64,000 nucleotides of DNA, taken from Lama glama. Taxonomy: Eukaryota. Every line of letters starts with the position of its first letter. The first letter of the stretch is position 1. The notes under the pieces are model-generated. The model was not told the DNA's origin. It worked only from the letters and a program-made list of their open reading frames with translations, and searched no databases. A program made the translations under genes and the position numbers. The stretch is from positions 24,616,001-24,680,000 of the forward strand of contig CM052816.1 in the NCBI GenBank assembly GCA_028534125.1, read 5' to 3'. This document shows positions 12,136-26,544 of this stretch, in pieces.

Positions 12136-12496
12136 TGAAGTAAGCCAGAAAGAGAATTGAAGTAAGCCAGGAAGAGGAAGAAAAATACCATATGATATCA
12201 TTCATATGTGGAATCTAAGAAAAGAAAAAGGAAGACACAAATGAATTCATCTACAAAACAGAAACAGACTCACAGACATAGTAAATAATCTTATGTTAAC
12301 TGGGGGCAAGGGGGTGAGAAGGGATAAACTTGGAAGTTCAAGATTTGCAAATATTAATACTATATATAAAAATAGATAAAAAACAAGTTTCCTCTGTATA
12401 GCACAGGGAACTATATTCAATATCTTATAATAACTTTTAATCAAAAAGAACATGAAAATGAATATATATATATACATGTATATATATATATATGTG
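12136..12496 (+). mobile_element. L1 3'UTR fragment (camelid type)
   Basis: Contains 'aaacagaaacagactcacagacatag' and 'tgtatagcacagggaactatattcaatatc'; ends in a (TA)n tract. Confidence 0.88.
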
Positions 12497-13389
12497 ATAG
12501 ACAGAATGGTTTTAAATCAGTATTTCCCAAGCCACATTATACTGCAGATGGAGAAATCTGAAATACTCTTATTTCTCTCTCTAGGGAAGAGGCCAGAACC
12601 AAATTTTGCACCTGTGTCGAGAGGAATAGGCAAGACCAAAGGGGCTTACTGTTCTAGGGGCAGATGGTAGTTGGGAAAAACTAGTATAAATCTGGTTCTG
12701 TGAGAAAGCAGAAGCAATAAGAAAACACTTCCAGTTCAATATTCTGTTTTTAAATTAAATGACACCATATAAACAATAAATTAAAATCTACCCTGAAGTT
12801 TTAAAATGTATGTCTATTTTCCATGTGGTAAATGTTACAGATCACAACGTGTGAAATGGGGAAGCCTCTGACACCATGCCGTACAGTGGTTTTCACATCA
12901 GGTTCTGGGGGAACTAGTGAGAGGAGGAGCTGGCACTTGAGCTCACGTCTTCTGACTCCAGTTCCTACCTCTGACCACTATGTTGACATACAGCCTGTCC
13001 TGCTTCAGTTAGAACTCTTTTACTTGTATTTCTTCCATTTATTTCTGTTCTGTATTAGTTTCCACTTGAGGGAAGGGGAAAGGGTTGTCTGCTACACACT
13101 GAACAAAATTAAAAAATCAAGTCCCTGCCATCATTTCTCAGAGAAGAGCCCGAGCTCCATAGAGTATACTGACTTGGCCAAAATTCCAGTGGTCCCATGA
13201 GGATGAAGACCTAGTTCTCCTGACTTCCGATGGGTGCTCATAAAGGGCGTAGGAGAGTGAACAGTGCTAACGGCAGAAACAAAGGCCTTATAGGAGAGTG
13301 TATGCGAGCCAAAGCCCAAGTACCCTTAGACATATATAAATGGTGGGGAAAGAAATGTTTGAATCTAGAGCTGTCTTTGGTGGCTTCAT

Positions 13390-13950
13390 TTTGCAGTTTT
13401 CTATTGCTGTATAACTAACCACTTCAAAGCTTGGTGACTTAATACAATAAAGTATTATTTTCTCTTATGGTAGGGTGGATTGCTGGAGCTCCGCTGGACA
13501 GTTGTCATTTGGGGTGCAGTAAGATGCAGTAAGATGCTCCCCAGGGTTGGAGTCACTTGAAGGCTCTACTGAGCTGGATGTGCACTCTCATGTCTGGTGC
13601 TTCAGCTGAGATTGCGGGAACAGCCTGGGGACTAGCTGAGCGCTTCAGTCTCTACGTGGCCTTCCACAAGGCTAGCCTGGGCTTCCTTACATGGTGGTCC
13701 CAGTACAGCTGGACACTTTCACTTGGTGGTTGGCTTCCTCCAGAGAATGTGTTCCATGATATCAAGATGGAACCTGCAAGGCTCCCTATGAGATCGCTTA
13801 GGACATCAGGCATCTTCACCTCTACTGCATTCTGTTGATCAAAGGTGAGACACAGGACCAGCTCAGGTTCAAAGAAAGAGAACCACCCAAGGTGTGAATA
13901 CCAGGAGTGCAGTTCACTGGGGACCATCTTTAGAGACCAGGTACTATAGT
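13390..13950 (-). mobile_element. MaLR LTR (MLT1 family)
   Basis: Reverse MLT1 3' end 'ctattgctgtataactaaccacttcaaagcttggtgacttaa' plus 'cattctgttgatcaaag'. Confidence 0.75.
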
Positions 13951-14009
13951 GCAGATGATAGATTAGGTCCTCTGACTCTACTTTGCCACTGGGCATGTGA
14001 GTAAACGGG

Positions 14010-14590
14010 CATTTCTAACAGCACTGTTCTAAACGCGAGAGACACAGACGTGAACGCTGCTATTGCTCTTACAGTCTAGTGGGAGAGATCGAAGATAAAA
14101 AAAGTAAACACATAAATAACACAGTTTCAACAGATAAGAGAAAGAAGATAAAATAGAAAACCAGGGAGAGTGAGGGAGGCCTATTTTACACGGGATGATC
14201 AAAGAAGACTCTTTGAGAGGTGACATCTTAGCTGAGACTTGAAGGAGTGGAAGGAGGAAGCCATGTGAAGTCTGGGTACAATGCCTGCCACCCAGAGGGA
14301 AGGATGTGGGTAAGGGCCTGCAGCCAGGACTGAGCTTGGCATATTCTAGGGACAGCAAGGAAGTCCCTGCTCTACACTGCACCTGGGGTATAAGGAGGGA
14401 AGGGAAGTTTGGCGGGAGAGGGTTACCTAGAGATAATATCTTCTCTGTCCATTTGCTTATTATCTGTCCTCTCCTACAAGAATGAAGTCTTCTCAAAAAT
14501 AAAGGACTAGTCTGTTACGTTAGCCACTGTATCCACAGTGCCTGGTTCATGTTAGATGCTTAATAAATATGTGCTGAATGAATAATGAAG
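14010..14590. mobile_element. L2 remnants (both orientations)
   Basis: Contains 'gaggtgacatcttagctgagacttgaagg' and 'gtgcctggttcatgttagatgcttaataaatatgtgctgaatgaat'. Confidence 0.65.
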
Positions 14591-16224
14591 CTTTGAGTGA
14601 TTGTTTCTAACCAGTGGTTCTCTCAACTGGAACTCTAGCTGACTTGAGATGTTAATGGTGAATAATATTGATCTTTTTTTCTTTTTTCCGATTTTCAGGG
14701 AAAAAAAAGAGTGCATGGAAAATAAATATAACTTAAATCCCTCCTGACTGCATGCCCACCACCCTGAGCTTAGGAAGGAAAACCTTTGACCCATGCTACT
14801 TATCACTTGTCTGCTAGTTGAGTGCAAGTGCTTCAAATAGGTCAGAGAGGTCCCATGACTCCCAGCTGGTCCAGCTCCGGAACAAGTCCAAGAATTACTG
14901 TTTATAACCCACAGGCAGCAATTTAAAATCGCAAATATTTTCTTAGAGAAACATTCATACAGCTACTTCCTTTCCTTGTTTTGGGAACTAATGATTATGC
15001 CGTCAATATGAGGACTGGCCTTTCTCTTTCCTTGCACCCTGGTTTGGCGTGTTCCGTTTTCCTCCCTGTGAAATGTTTTGACACTGCAGCCTGGTAGTGC
15101 AATCAGCACACTGCTTCAAAGTCGGTAGTATTTAATTATTGCGAATGTGGTTTCTGCAAGCTACATTTTTTTCTTCGTTTCACCTATATTGCACACTTTT
15201 AATTGCCTTTCATTCTCGTTTTACATACTTTCATTTTTTTTGACAATTCCTTTTAGCATTTTGTTATCTTTTCTTCCAATCTGTTCTCTTTATAGCACTA
15301 TTCATTTAAAAAATTATCTAACAAATAAGCTGGCAAAGAAGGAACATGGGCGAGGGGAACGCAAAAAAAGACCTCAGGCAAATAAGGATGTTCTTCTATT
15401 TCTCTCAAGTAGCTATAGATTTCTATGCTTTTACTTTTTGGCTGAATCTTATATATAGACCCTACATTTGAGGCAAGCTGTGCAATCTGTCTGTCCTTTC
15501 TTTTTTCCTTCCTTCCTTCCATCAATACTTTTTTGATGCCTTTTATGTGCCAGACTATATTCTGGGTGATGGAGATATAAAAATAAATAAGCACCTGCCG
15601 GCTGTAAGTGAGTATGCAGTTAAGTGGGAGAGTTCAAGATGCAGATACTTACAATTCATACATACACAGAAACTTAGTCAAAATCTATCATGTTCATGTA
15701 TCACAACCAGACACTTTGGACCAAGTAACATCATGATGTCATATGGGGTGAGGGGAAGGAGATGCCCATAAAATGATGCTTCAAGTTCTTCTGTTTTGGG
15801 TCACACACAAGCCACCCCTCCCCCGCCCCCAGACATCTGCATAACTTGTTGAAAAGGCCTTAAGCTGGAAGTCAGGAGGACTGGGCTCTAGTCCAAGCAC
15901 TGTGCTTTGTCATGGAATGTGACTCTATTAATGGAATATGGCACTGAAGTAAGAGAATGCTGGCCTCAAGGAAAGGACCCTGTACTCATGGTTACAGCAC
16001 TATCACGTTCTGCCTTACATAGACTAACTATAGGAATGAGGGGAAAAATAAAAGAAGATTGAAAAAACTCTTACACAGAAATGTTGTGTTTACCAATTGC
16101 AAATGACAATTTTAAATAAATTTTATGAGAGGAGAATAATTCATCTGTTCACTGGGGAAGCTAAGTGCATTGACCTCCTTCCTATAGGACTTTGTGCTTC
16201 TTTGCAGTAGTTTTATTGTTTAAT

Positions 16225-16495
16225 TTTTTTATTAAAGTGTAGTTGATTTACAATGTTAGTTTCAGGTGTACAGCAAAGTGATTCAGTTATACATATACAC
16301 ATATATTTTTTCTTTTCAGATTCTTTTCCATTATGTTATTACAAGAAATTGAATGTAGTTCCCTGTGCTATACAGTAGATCCTTGTTGTTTACCTACTTT
16401 ATATATACTAATGTGTGTCTGTTAATCTCCAACTTGTAATTTATCCCTCCCCACCCTTTCCCCTTTGGTAACCATAGTTTGTTTTCTATGTCTGT
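16225..16495 (-). mobile_element. L1 3' end (camelid type)
   Basis: Antisense 'aagtgtagttgatttacaatgttagtttcaggtgtacagcaaagtgattcag...gttccctgtgctatacag'. Confidence 0.88.
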
Positions 16496-17069
16496 GCACT
16501 AGTGTACTCATTTCTACTTGTAAAAGCATACAAGATGAAAATAGAATGTTTCCCTGTGTGTTAAGATCACAGACTAGTTAAAATCAGAATTTAATTTTTA
16601 TTTCTAATAGTAGTCAGTCAACTAAATAAATAGTTCATCCTTCCTCCTTATTAAAAAATATGTAAGAACGTCCTTAATAAGACACATATTAGAGGGCAAA
16701 TCAGACATTGGAACTGCTTGGTCCTATAGAATCTCAAGCCCCAGGGTTTCAAGAAACTATTGTATAAACCTGTAGTAGACACTACAAAGAAAAAGGAGAT
16801 GAGAGCTGATGGGAATGGTCTTGGTTCCTAGCTTCTCAGTTGCACAACCACCCCACCCCCTGCCCCAGGTGGTCCTACAGTATTTGCTTTTCTGCCCTTG
16901 GAGTCCAAGTGATTGCCTGTGGTATCCTCTCAGTGAACAACTCCTCTTGTTTGATCTGGTTAAGTGAGTTGATCTGGCAATAAAAGAGCCTTAAAAGGAG
17001 TGGAGCAGGACGTGTAAAGTGAGGGAGTGGATAAGAGTCAGACTGATGTAAGAACCCTAATATATATAG

Positions 17070-17270
17070 TACTACCTTGGACGAATGACTTAACCTCCTC
17101 CAAGCTTCAATTTCCTCATCTGTGGAGGGAAAAAAAATGGGAATAGGAGTAGTATCTATCTTATAGGATTAATGGGGAATTTAAAGAGCAAATACATATA
17201 AAGGAATAATACACTATGCCAGGTTCATAGTAAGCAGTCAATTCATATACACTATCATCATTAAATTATT
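17070..17270 (+). mobile_element. MIR SINE remnant
   Basis: Contains 'tgacttaacctcctccaagcttcaatttcctcatctgt'. Confidence 0.7.
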
Positions 17271-17653
17271 ACTGACCAGGATAATATTTTAACAAATTGA
17301 GGGTATTCCCCTCCTAGTTCATCAGCTCTCAGTATAAAAAGACAGCTTGTGGAGTATTATGCTACATGCTAGATGGAATTACAAAAGCTATAGATGTAAC
17401 TTCTGTTCCTCTGAGTCCTCAGCCCTCTTCAGGTTGATTCCCTTATGTCAGAAGCTAAGGCTGCATTCTTGTATCAGTGGTATTGGTATATTTCACTTGC
17501 TAGAACTCAGTTATAATCTCTCACGTGTCTTTTTTTTTCTCCCCTCTCTCAGATATCTTTGCCACTGTAAAAGCTTTAGTTTAACTAGTAAAGGAGTTAC
17601 TGGAATTAAGAGTTAATCAATATGAACCTTATGGATTGGAGGCTTATGATAGC

Positions 17654-17785
17654 TAGGGTGACTGTATGTCTTGGTTTGTTTGGGACAGTCCTGATTTAGT
17701 CCTGCTGTTCTGGAGTAATTATAATAATGTCCCTTTCACTCTCAGAAAGTGTCCCTGTTTGGGTAATTTATTGACAGCTAATCTA
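17654..17785. mobile_element. MER94-like hAT-Blackjack MITE
   Basis: Starts TAGGGTGAC; internal 'gggacagtcc' and 'cctttcactctcagaaagtgtccc' match recalled MER94. Confidence 0.7.
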
Positions 17786-19419
17786 CAGTACTGGCCAAAG
17801 CGAAACATCATATTAGTTGTTGAGGCTAGGCATCTCATGAGCCAGACTCTTGGATCTGACTGCCTTGCTGCTCAGTAGGGAAACTTCTGTCACCTACTGA
17901 ATTCCCAACTTTTATTAAATGACCTGAAACATATCAGAACACTGGGGTGAAAATCAATGTATATAAGAATGTCAAATGACCACAATTACTTGAAAAACAA
18001 CTCAATGCTCATGCTCCACAGATGTCAAATCAGAGGCGTGCACGGAGTTGATACCCTCACGATCCAACCAAGAGTTTGGGTCTAAGTGACTCATTGTTAT
18101 TACTTGTTTGGCTTTGCTAACCACAAGGCAGAAGTTTTGCTTAGACCTAATTGAGTCACACTTATGTTGATCCTGAGGTTGTAAACAATCTGATTTAATT
18201 CTCCAGAAGCTTTCTGAAATCCTTTTGCTATAGAAGAAAGAAATAGGTCACCTGACTCTTCTACAGCAAGAATTTGAAGGATGCTGCTTCTCTTAAGCCC
18301 CAGACTACGGTTTTCAATCTCTCACTTCGTGAGCTAATTCCTTAGAGTCTTGGGTATTTAATGGTTACTAAACTGTCCATGTAAACTTTGTAAAGAAAAA
18401 CTCCAACACACACCAAAAAACACAAGAAAAATCAGGTTTAGGATTCCTTTACTTTTTCATTTATTATTTTTGTATCTGCTCTATTTAAAAGTGTGAATAG
18501 TGGTTACCTGTGGGTAAGGACTAAGAAGGGGGCAGAGGCCTTTCAAGGGTGCTAGAAATGTTCTGTATATTGATCTGGTGGTTCTGTGGGTGCATGCATA
18601 TGTAAAAATCCACAGACTGTATGTACCCTTAAGGTTTGTGCATTTTAATGTATGCAAGTTAAACTTCAACTAGAAGAAGTAAAAGAAAAGCCTTAAATCT
18701 CTTTAGCCTGAGCTGGTTAAAAAACCAAAAATGTACTCTGGTTAATAAAGTAACAGAAAGAAGAAACAAAACACCTACTTACATTAAGTTTTTTTATCCC
18801 TTTTTTTCTCCTGGATAGCAATATGATCTTTGTCTCTTTGCTTACTCTTTGTTTTTTTTTTTTATGGATGTAAGTCTTATTATCTCTATCCTTAACCTTT
18901 GATTAAAAAAAAACTTCGAATTATGACAAAAGAGCTTTTGGACAGGACTTTTTTTTTTCCACTTCCACTCACATGTTTATTTTAGCATGTGACATTACAA
19001 AGTTTTAAACTCTTTTAACTATTAACTAATTTTGTGCATAACCCACAAAATTTCTACCAAAAGCTTTCCGAGCCATGTAAGTCATGGTTTATGAAGAGTG
19101 TGTACCTTCACCTCTTGATTTCCAGTTTATCATGGGACTGTTTAGTAAGTTAGTTGGGTTGTATAATCAAAAGGATCGAGAGAAGCAAATAGCTTTTACT
19201 ATTAAATAGATGCATTGCAAATTAGAACCTAACTGGCATTTTAGAAAATATTTGATACCCTCAAATATCCTATCTTTTATTTTGCTATCTACTTCCAAAG
19301 GGTGCTCTACTAATGCGTAGCCAGTCACACGATGATTTAAGATTCAGGTGAGTTCAAGAACTGAGATTATATACAGTTAAAGAAAAAGTAAAGGGAGTGG
19401 GAAAGACTAAAATTAAATG

Positions 19420-20000
19420 AGGGCCTCCTGTGTGCCAGGCACTGTGCGTAGCATAGATTATTAATCTTTATGACAACACTATGAGGATTTTCTTATTGCA
19501 TCAGTAAAGAAACTAAGGTATAGAAAAAGTAAACAACCCTCCAAAGATCACACAGCTAATATTTCAGCTGTGTTGATTTCCAAAGCTTGCTCCTTACGTG
19601 CTACTTCTGGTGATGTCATAAGAGGTGAATTCTGAAGTGGGCAACACACAGCTCAATAGCCATTTTCTCCCAGAAGCTCCCTCTAATCCTCTTCTCACCT
19701 CCTTACCTCATCTTGTCCCCCTAACCTACCATAGTTAGAATTAAAATCTTTTGCATACTATATTCTGCAGTAAGCAAGGGCAAGTGGCTCCTGGAGCCTG
19801 GGTTTAAATCTCTGATCTATCATTTATGAGCTGTGTGACCTTGAGTAAGTTACTCAACCTCTCTGAGCTTTGGTTTCCTCATTGTGCACAAGAAGAGAAT
19901 AACAGCACCTATCTCACAGAGTTGTTGTGATAATTAAATGAATTAAAACATGCATAGCCCTTTAGAATGGGGTGTGGCATGTAATATTAGCAATTCATTT
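19420..20000. mobile_element. Two MIR remnants (about 19420-19600 minus; about 19780-20000 plus)
   Basis: Contains 'gaaactaaggtatagaaaaagtaaacaaccctccaaagatcacacagcta' and 'gctgtgtgaccttgagtaagttactcaacctctctgagctttggtttcctcat'. Confidence 0.75.
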
Positions 20001-22082
20001 TTGTTGTTACGCTGCATAGCACTTCCCTCTTGATTTATGATTACATGTGTACAGGCTCATTTTTCTATTGAGATGGAGATGGTGTCTTGCACCTCTTAGT
20101 TATTCTCCCGTCAGTGCCAAGATCAGGGTTCGACAACTTTTAAAATCTATTTTTACATAGGGTTTAACAATTCTAGACACAGGATAAAGGCTTATTGGAT
20201 TGATTTCATTTACTTAGTTAATGACTTTCCAAATTTTCCACATTTTCCAAATTTCCCCAGTTAAGGACTCCAAGTGCAGAATCCAAGTCTCCCCAACATG
20301 ATTCTGCTACTCTTGAAGTTCCTAGTGACTGAGTTCCAGGCCTTCATTTATCTCCTGGATTCCTCATTGCTTTTAGAAATCTACATGTACAGGGGTGGTT
20401 GCATGGGCCCATGATTCAATTTAGGAATTAGTTATTTCTTTGTTGTTCCTTTCCGGGGTGAATATGCATGAACTGGACTTTCTATTCTTGGCATTATGTG
20501 GGTGATGCAAACTGAACTAATGTAACAAGCAAGTAATCCTAATCTGTGCTTTCTACCTACAGCTTCCCATTTCCACTAGTGCTGTTTCTTCTATTCCCGC
20601 TTCGAGCTGCCAGGAGGGAAAGAAAGGCCTTTAACGCTTTTTGCTTCCCTCCACATTCTGCTCTCTATCAAACGTTGCCATCTCAGAAAAGTCCCAGGCT
20701 TCCTTCCCTGAGTTGTGTTGAGATCGTGGAATCCTGAGATTTCCTGATTTCAGGGAAGGTAGCTATTGTTTTTTGATTTCCACTCCGAAAATCTAACCTG
20801 GGCATCTCAGCAGCAGGGGACTGTTGTTTTCAAAAGTATGATATGTGGAATGCTGTGACAAGCTTTCCAAAAATGTGGACTACAGCAATCAGACTTCAGC
20901 ATTCCATTCTCTTTTTGGCAAAGTTGTGGATTTTTTTTTTAAATGACAAATTCAGCTCTATTGTTTTGAGATTCAAACGTTGTTCAATGTCTATGTTTTG
21001 GAAAAATGATGCTGTTATTCCACAGTGAATTTTGTAAATTGTTCCTTTCCAGATAACTTCTTCCTTCTTAGCAGAACCTGGGGGATGAATATGGGCATTT
21101 AGAAAGCCTCTCTGACCTTTAGGAAAGTTTGGGGACTTTTAAGTTATTCAATATGAATCTTTCGGTGTGTCAAATTTGATACCAGGAAATATAAAGCTGC
21201 TTTTATATAAGATAAAACTCATCATATGAATGTTTTGATGTATAAAATTACAACAAGAAAAATGTACTTTTACTGAATACTTAATTTTACACGAGGTGAG
21301 TTTACTTTAGCCTGTATTACATGTTTTCCCCCTGCTGTCTCTGCCGCTAGTGTCTGAACTGTGTGAGGGCTGGTTCTTTGTCTCTTGTCGAGCCCTCTAG
21401 TCCTAGCACCTATGAGAAGTGCTCATTTACCAACCCCATAGTAAATATTTCTTGAAAAACAAATAATGACATAAGAAAAACACTACATACTACAGGCAAC
21501 ATCCAACGTAAAAATGCATTGTGTTCTAAGTGGTATTTTGAATTTCGTTATTTGGGTTGTAGAATATATTTTCTCATGTTAAACAGTAACGTGAAAAGAA
21601 CTTAGATCCCTACACTCACTTCTAAAGGTGAGTTCAGCCCATATTAGGAATTCTATTGTTTTAGCTACACTAGGAGCAAGCTTTTTGGGGGTTGGCTCAG
21701 GAATCAAATCATCATTTTAAAACTTGTTTATATGGTGAAAGAACTTCTTATCCTACAATGAACTCCTCACTGAATTTAAGAATAGGTTTTCCTCTGTGTG
21801 ATCTCCTTCCTAGATGAATATTAGTCAAAGGTATCCAGAGAGATGAAGAACTGGCCATTAACAGGTAAATACTGTCTTCTCCAGGGCTTTAGGGGAGACC
21901 AGCCTAACTACTGGCTCTGTAGAGGCACTCTCTTTCCATTAAATTCCCCACTAAATTATGAGGACTTCTAATTTCTGTATGTGACCTCCTTTTAGCCACA
22001 CCTTCTGTATAATTACCTCACACCCTCTGAGGGAAATAGTGAAAAAAAAAAGCTCTGGAACTAATTTTGATGCCAGCACAGA

Positions 22083-22381
22083 CAGATCCACAGGTCTTTA
22101 TCCAAAACCCACAGGGACAGATGTGTTTTGGAATTCAGAGAGATTTTTGGATTTTAGGAAGGTAATATGACACATATGTTACATGTTACATAATTTCCCC
22201 AGCTTATAATTCAACATAGTATTTCTTCAGCTAAATATGTGAATATTCCCACTAAGTAAGATAAATAGATATTGCTTATAGCCTCACATCATTTCAATTC
22301 AGATTCTGCAAGCCAAGTCACAAATATTTGGTTTTTAGAGCTTTTTCTGTCTTGGAAGTGCTGGTAGGGGATTTAGACCTG
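22083..22381. mobile_element. MER46C-like Tigger MITE
   Basis: Contains 'cagatgtgttttggaattcaga...ggattttaggaaggtaata' and ends 'gacctg' followed by TA, matching recalled MER46C. Confidence 0.75.
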
Positions 22382-25300
22382 TAATACCAGAGGGATTATG
22401 TCTCAAAGAAGAAAAATGATGAAGGTTGTCCCAGTCTCAGAATCCTGGACTTGGTTCTGAAGCAGCAGGGACCCTACCCAGTGACAGAGAAGAATTACTT
22501 CCTTTGAGGAGGCTGGCACAGCACCTGGGATGAAGGCTGAGAACAGCTTTCAAGGTGGTATTTATTTACTAGTGCCTCCTGGCTCAGCCAACCTTTGAGC
22601 TTGTTAGCCATAGTTTGTCATTAGTGGGCAATTGCTTATGAAGCCAGGCTTTGTGAATTGGCTGAAAGAACTGTCACACTTAGAAGACTTTCTACCTGGG
22701 GTAGGGAGACAGGATAGCCCAGTGGCCCTAGTGGGGATGTTAGCAGAAGCCTCACAGATACAGGTAAAGGGTGGGATGCTACTGAAGGAGCTGGAAGGGA
22801 GGACCAATAATGGGACAGGGTGGGCCTGAAATCTGATTCAGCTGGGACTCCCCTAACTTTTGATTTCCCCGATGGCTGTTTCAACAGTTACAAAATGGTG
22901 ACCCTCAGCTAACTATGACCAACCAGTGTGTTTTGTTAGAATTTTAAACCCTAACAGTAAGCTGGGAAAGTTATGGTTTGCTGCTGGCCTGGTGGTTCTT
23001 ATTATGTTACTTCTATGATTCACACATTTGTGCCAGCTGTTGTGATTAGAGTGACCTCGGCGAATGACGTGGGGTCATAAGGGTCCCCTCAGTATTTGTC
23101 TGAGCTTAGCCAGCTGCAGAGCTGTCTGGACTATACTGAGTAAATATGGTCTGCTCAAGATGTGGTTAGAAACTGTATAGTAATGTATAGTTACACAATG
23201 TAACTGTATAGTAAATGTAAAATGTAATGCTCTATTTGCCAGTAAACTTTCCTGTTTAAGTTTCAAGACTTGATCCAGAAGTTTCCATAAAACACTCCCT
23301 CTTGCTCTGGCAACTGAGTAGCAGGCTCTCTCCTGCTGCTTTTTTCTTTCAGTCCCTGAAATTGTGCTTTTCCTTCTCTTTTACACTTCTAGCATTCTAG
23401 AATTGATTAACATAGTTGGCTAATAGATTTTTTGGGATTAGTCTTAGCAGTAAAAAAAAAGCTTAAACAAACAAACAAAAAAGAAATGAGTTTTTGTTAA
23501 CACCGGTGTATTTTCCATAAAGTCATGTTTGTGAGTTCTGTGCTGCCTGGAGCCGTGCTGGGAGGTTCAGGGAGCCAAATCTCCTGGAATTTCCCCGGGG
23601 AGCTAGGCAAACTCTAGGGGTCTTTTAGCAACAACAGGTCATTTTTCCAAATCCTCATGTGATCCAAGTCTAAGATCACAGCTGTTAAATACAGATCAAA
23701 GTAATCATATCTTGAAATGTGATTAGGTAAGTAACTAGAAAACGAACTTCAATAATTAAAATTAATAGGCAAAAAGAGATTGTACTAACCAGCTTTGTTC
23801 ATTAAGGAATTTAACTCTGAGACTAGAAGTTAACTGTTTAAAAAAATCCTTCTCTTCAATATAATCCAGCCTTGTTTTTCTTTCCTAATTACAAAACACT
23901 ATTATTCAATTTTTCCAAAGGAAAAATAGCTTCCAACTATGAAACATATGTAACTCAATTAGAAAAACTCTGAGAGCAAAAGGATGATTCTAAATAGCTC
24001 ACTTTAGGAAAATGGATTTGAGGCTCCTTCATTAATGTACTTTAAAGACTCATAGTTATAACTTTAATGCCTTAATCCCAATAGCATCCCAAATATTCTT
24101 AATGTTAGCCTTAAGCTATTTCATAGTAAAGGGTTACTAATTTAGCTGGCTCATTCTTGGTAAGAATAAAAACACATTTGGGGCTCTTCAAATGCAGAAA
24201 AAAAATCCCATGGGTTTTACTTCATAGAATCCATTTTTTGCTCTTAGGAGAATCTTCACAGGTCCTACCTAGATATATGTTTGAGTCCTCTCTGTACATC
24301 TGACCAAATCACCCCACCAGACTCTAGTGGGATGAGAGCAGGAACCATGGTGGTTCTATTTGTTTGTGCATAGCCTATGCCCAGCCTTCGGAGTGAGCGT
24401 TTGATAAAAGAAATGTAGAATGTTGACTGACTCCATCAAAACTTGAACACCTCTGGCTATGAGGGACTGTTGAAAGCAGCCCAGTTCATCTTTGGGCAAT
24501 TCTGGTTGTTCAGCATTCTTTTTAATTTATTTTAATTAATTAATTACTTTTATTATTTATTTATTCATTAGACTGTCATCTCTTCCCACTCATTTGTTCC
24601 ATTTTAGCCCTTCAGGCTGCAGAGACTTGCTCTACTACACGACAAACCTTTAAATACTTGAATTGACCCTCATGCCCCACTCTTTCCACCTGGCCTCTGA
24701 GCTTTGCTTCTGCAAACTAATATCCCTAGTTCTTTCACAAGGGGCAAAGATCTGAGTGTCCTGGCATGTTCTCAGTTCTCCCCTCTGAGCATGCTCCAGA
24801 TTATCACCTTTAAGTAGGCAGGATAGTCAGAGAAGGCCTGACCTGGATGGGGCGGTTACCTTCTGCATTCTGGAGGCTACTGATGCTCTTTGATATCAAA
24901 TTAACTTTTTAATTTTTTTGGAGGAACCAATCTTTTTCAGCTTTTAATAGAGAACCTCTAATTCAGTTTTAACAAACCCTACCTAAAAGGAAGGCAAATT
25001 AAACGGGAGATGATTATTATCTTGGAGACAGGTTTAGCCTGCTAATTGTTCATCTGTTGTGTCACATTTCCAAGATGACTTATTTGAATTCAAGATAATG
25101 TGCCTCTTTGTGAAGATTAAACCTGGAGAGTTAGACAGAGCATCTTTCCCTAGGTGATCTCTGCCAGGAACATTTTCCCCATAGCAGTTAAGCCAGTTAT
25201 CAGGACTGCCAAGTATGATTTTGGGAAATGAAGGTTTCCCCATGAGGCTGCCTGATAGTCAAGGCAGAACCTTGCTGATAAAAAAGAATTTACTATATGT

Positions 25301-26544
25301 TTTCTCATAGGGCTAAAGGTACAATTTAGCAAAACGAAAATTTTTTATTGACTTTCATGAACTTTTGTATGTGCTGGAGATAATTTAAAAATCAAACTAA
25401 TAATGTGGAAGATGTAGCTACACGTATATGCAAACATGTAGGCATTTTTATTAGAAATAATTTATTAGTGAGATAATATGTTTACATTTGGGTAGAGAAA
25501 TAAAACTGTAAAAGGAAACCCTTTCTTGGTAGTTATCTGAATCCTTTGAAATTACAATTAGTTTATAATTGCTTGGGGAGGTGGGGATGATGGAAAGCAG
25601 GGGAAGAAAGAGGAGGAAGTAGATGGGTGAAAGCAGGGAAGGGAAAAGGAAGAAGGGGGGCTAACAGGGAAAGGGGACAGAGAGAGGCAGAATGTCTAAG
25701 AAATTCCAAGCGGCCACAGAGTTCTTAACTATTGCCTTGTGTGCACTATGATATATTTAGTAACTCGAGGGTAAAGTGAAACAATTCTTATGTAATAGAA
25801 ATTTATTGTTCAAGGAAAAAAGACACCTCTTTCAGTTTCTTTTTCAGATGTATTCTAGCTGATTTACAATAGTTACTGGTTCCAAAAAGAGCTGGGACAG
25901 CAAACAGATCCTTCCACCCTTCCATGAGATAGAAGGTAATTCTCCCTCAGCATTTGCAGGAAAGAAAGAGACTAAATTAGAGTCCTCCTAATTTTTTTTT
26001 CAAGGTTACCTCTTTGGCCATCACATCTGGGCTAATAAGAACAGCTGGGTTCATAAATATTTCAGGAGTGTGTCATTAACTCCGTTCTCGGTGATTATCA
26101 TTTCAGCGTCTGTTTATTTGTGAGGAATCTTTCTTGAATCCCAGGGCCAAAAGGTAAGAGTCAAGGAAACTTTGTACTCCATCTATCCTTCCTTCTACTG
26201 CTCCTCTAGAAAGCATGCTGGTTCCAGGAAAGCACCAAAGGTTTACTTTCACTTGAAGGGCTGGGAATTGGCAGGCCCATGACAGGGGTTACAGATAAGA
26301 CTTAAGCAAAAACTCCTGGGACCACACCAAGGTGATTCGGCCTGACTAGCCCTAGGCTGTTCCTTGAATCAGTCCTATTTCAGGGTTGTGGGTGTCAGGA
26401 GACTTTTTACTTGAGAACTAAATCTTACAGTATCCCATTGGCCCAGAAACCCTGCTGAGTCTATTCAAGAGTCTTTTAGTCCTCTTCCTTTTTCCCTCAA
26501 GGATCTGTTTTCATCTGACGGTGGTTGTGAGATCTTCATTTTCT

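Noticed and set aside
14029..14496. 155-aa minus ORF
   Set aside because: It lies in L2 remnants, has no ATG start and shows no recognisable domain.
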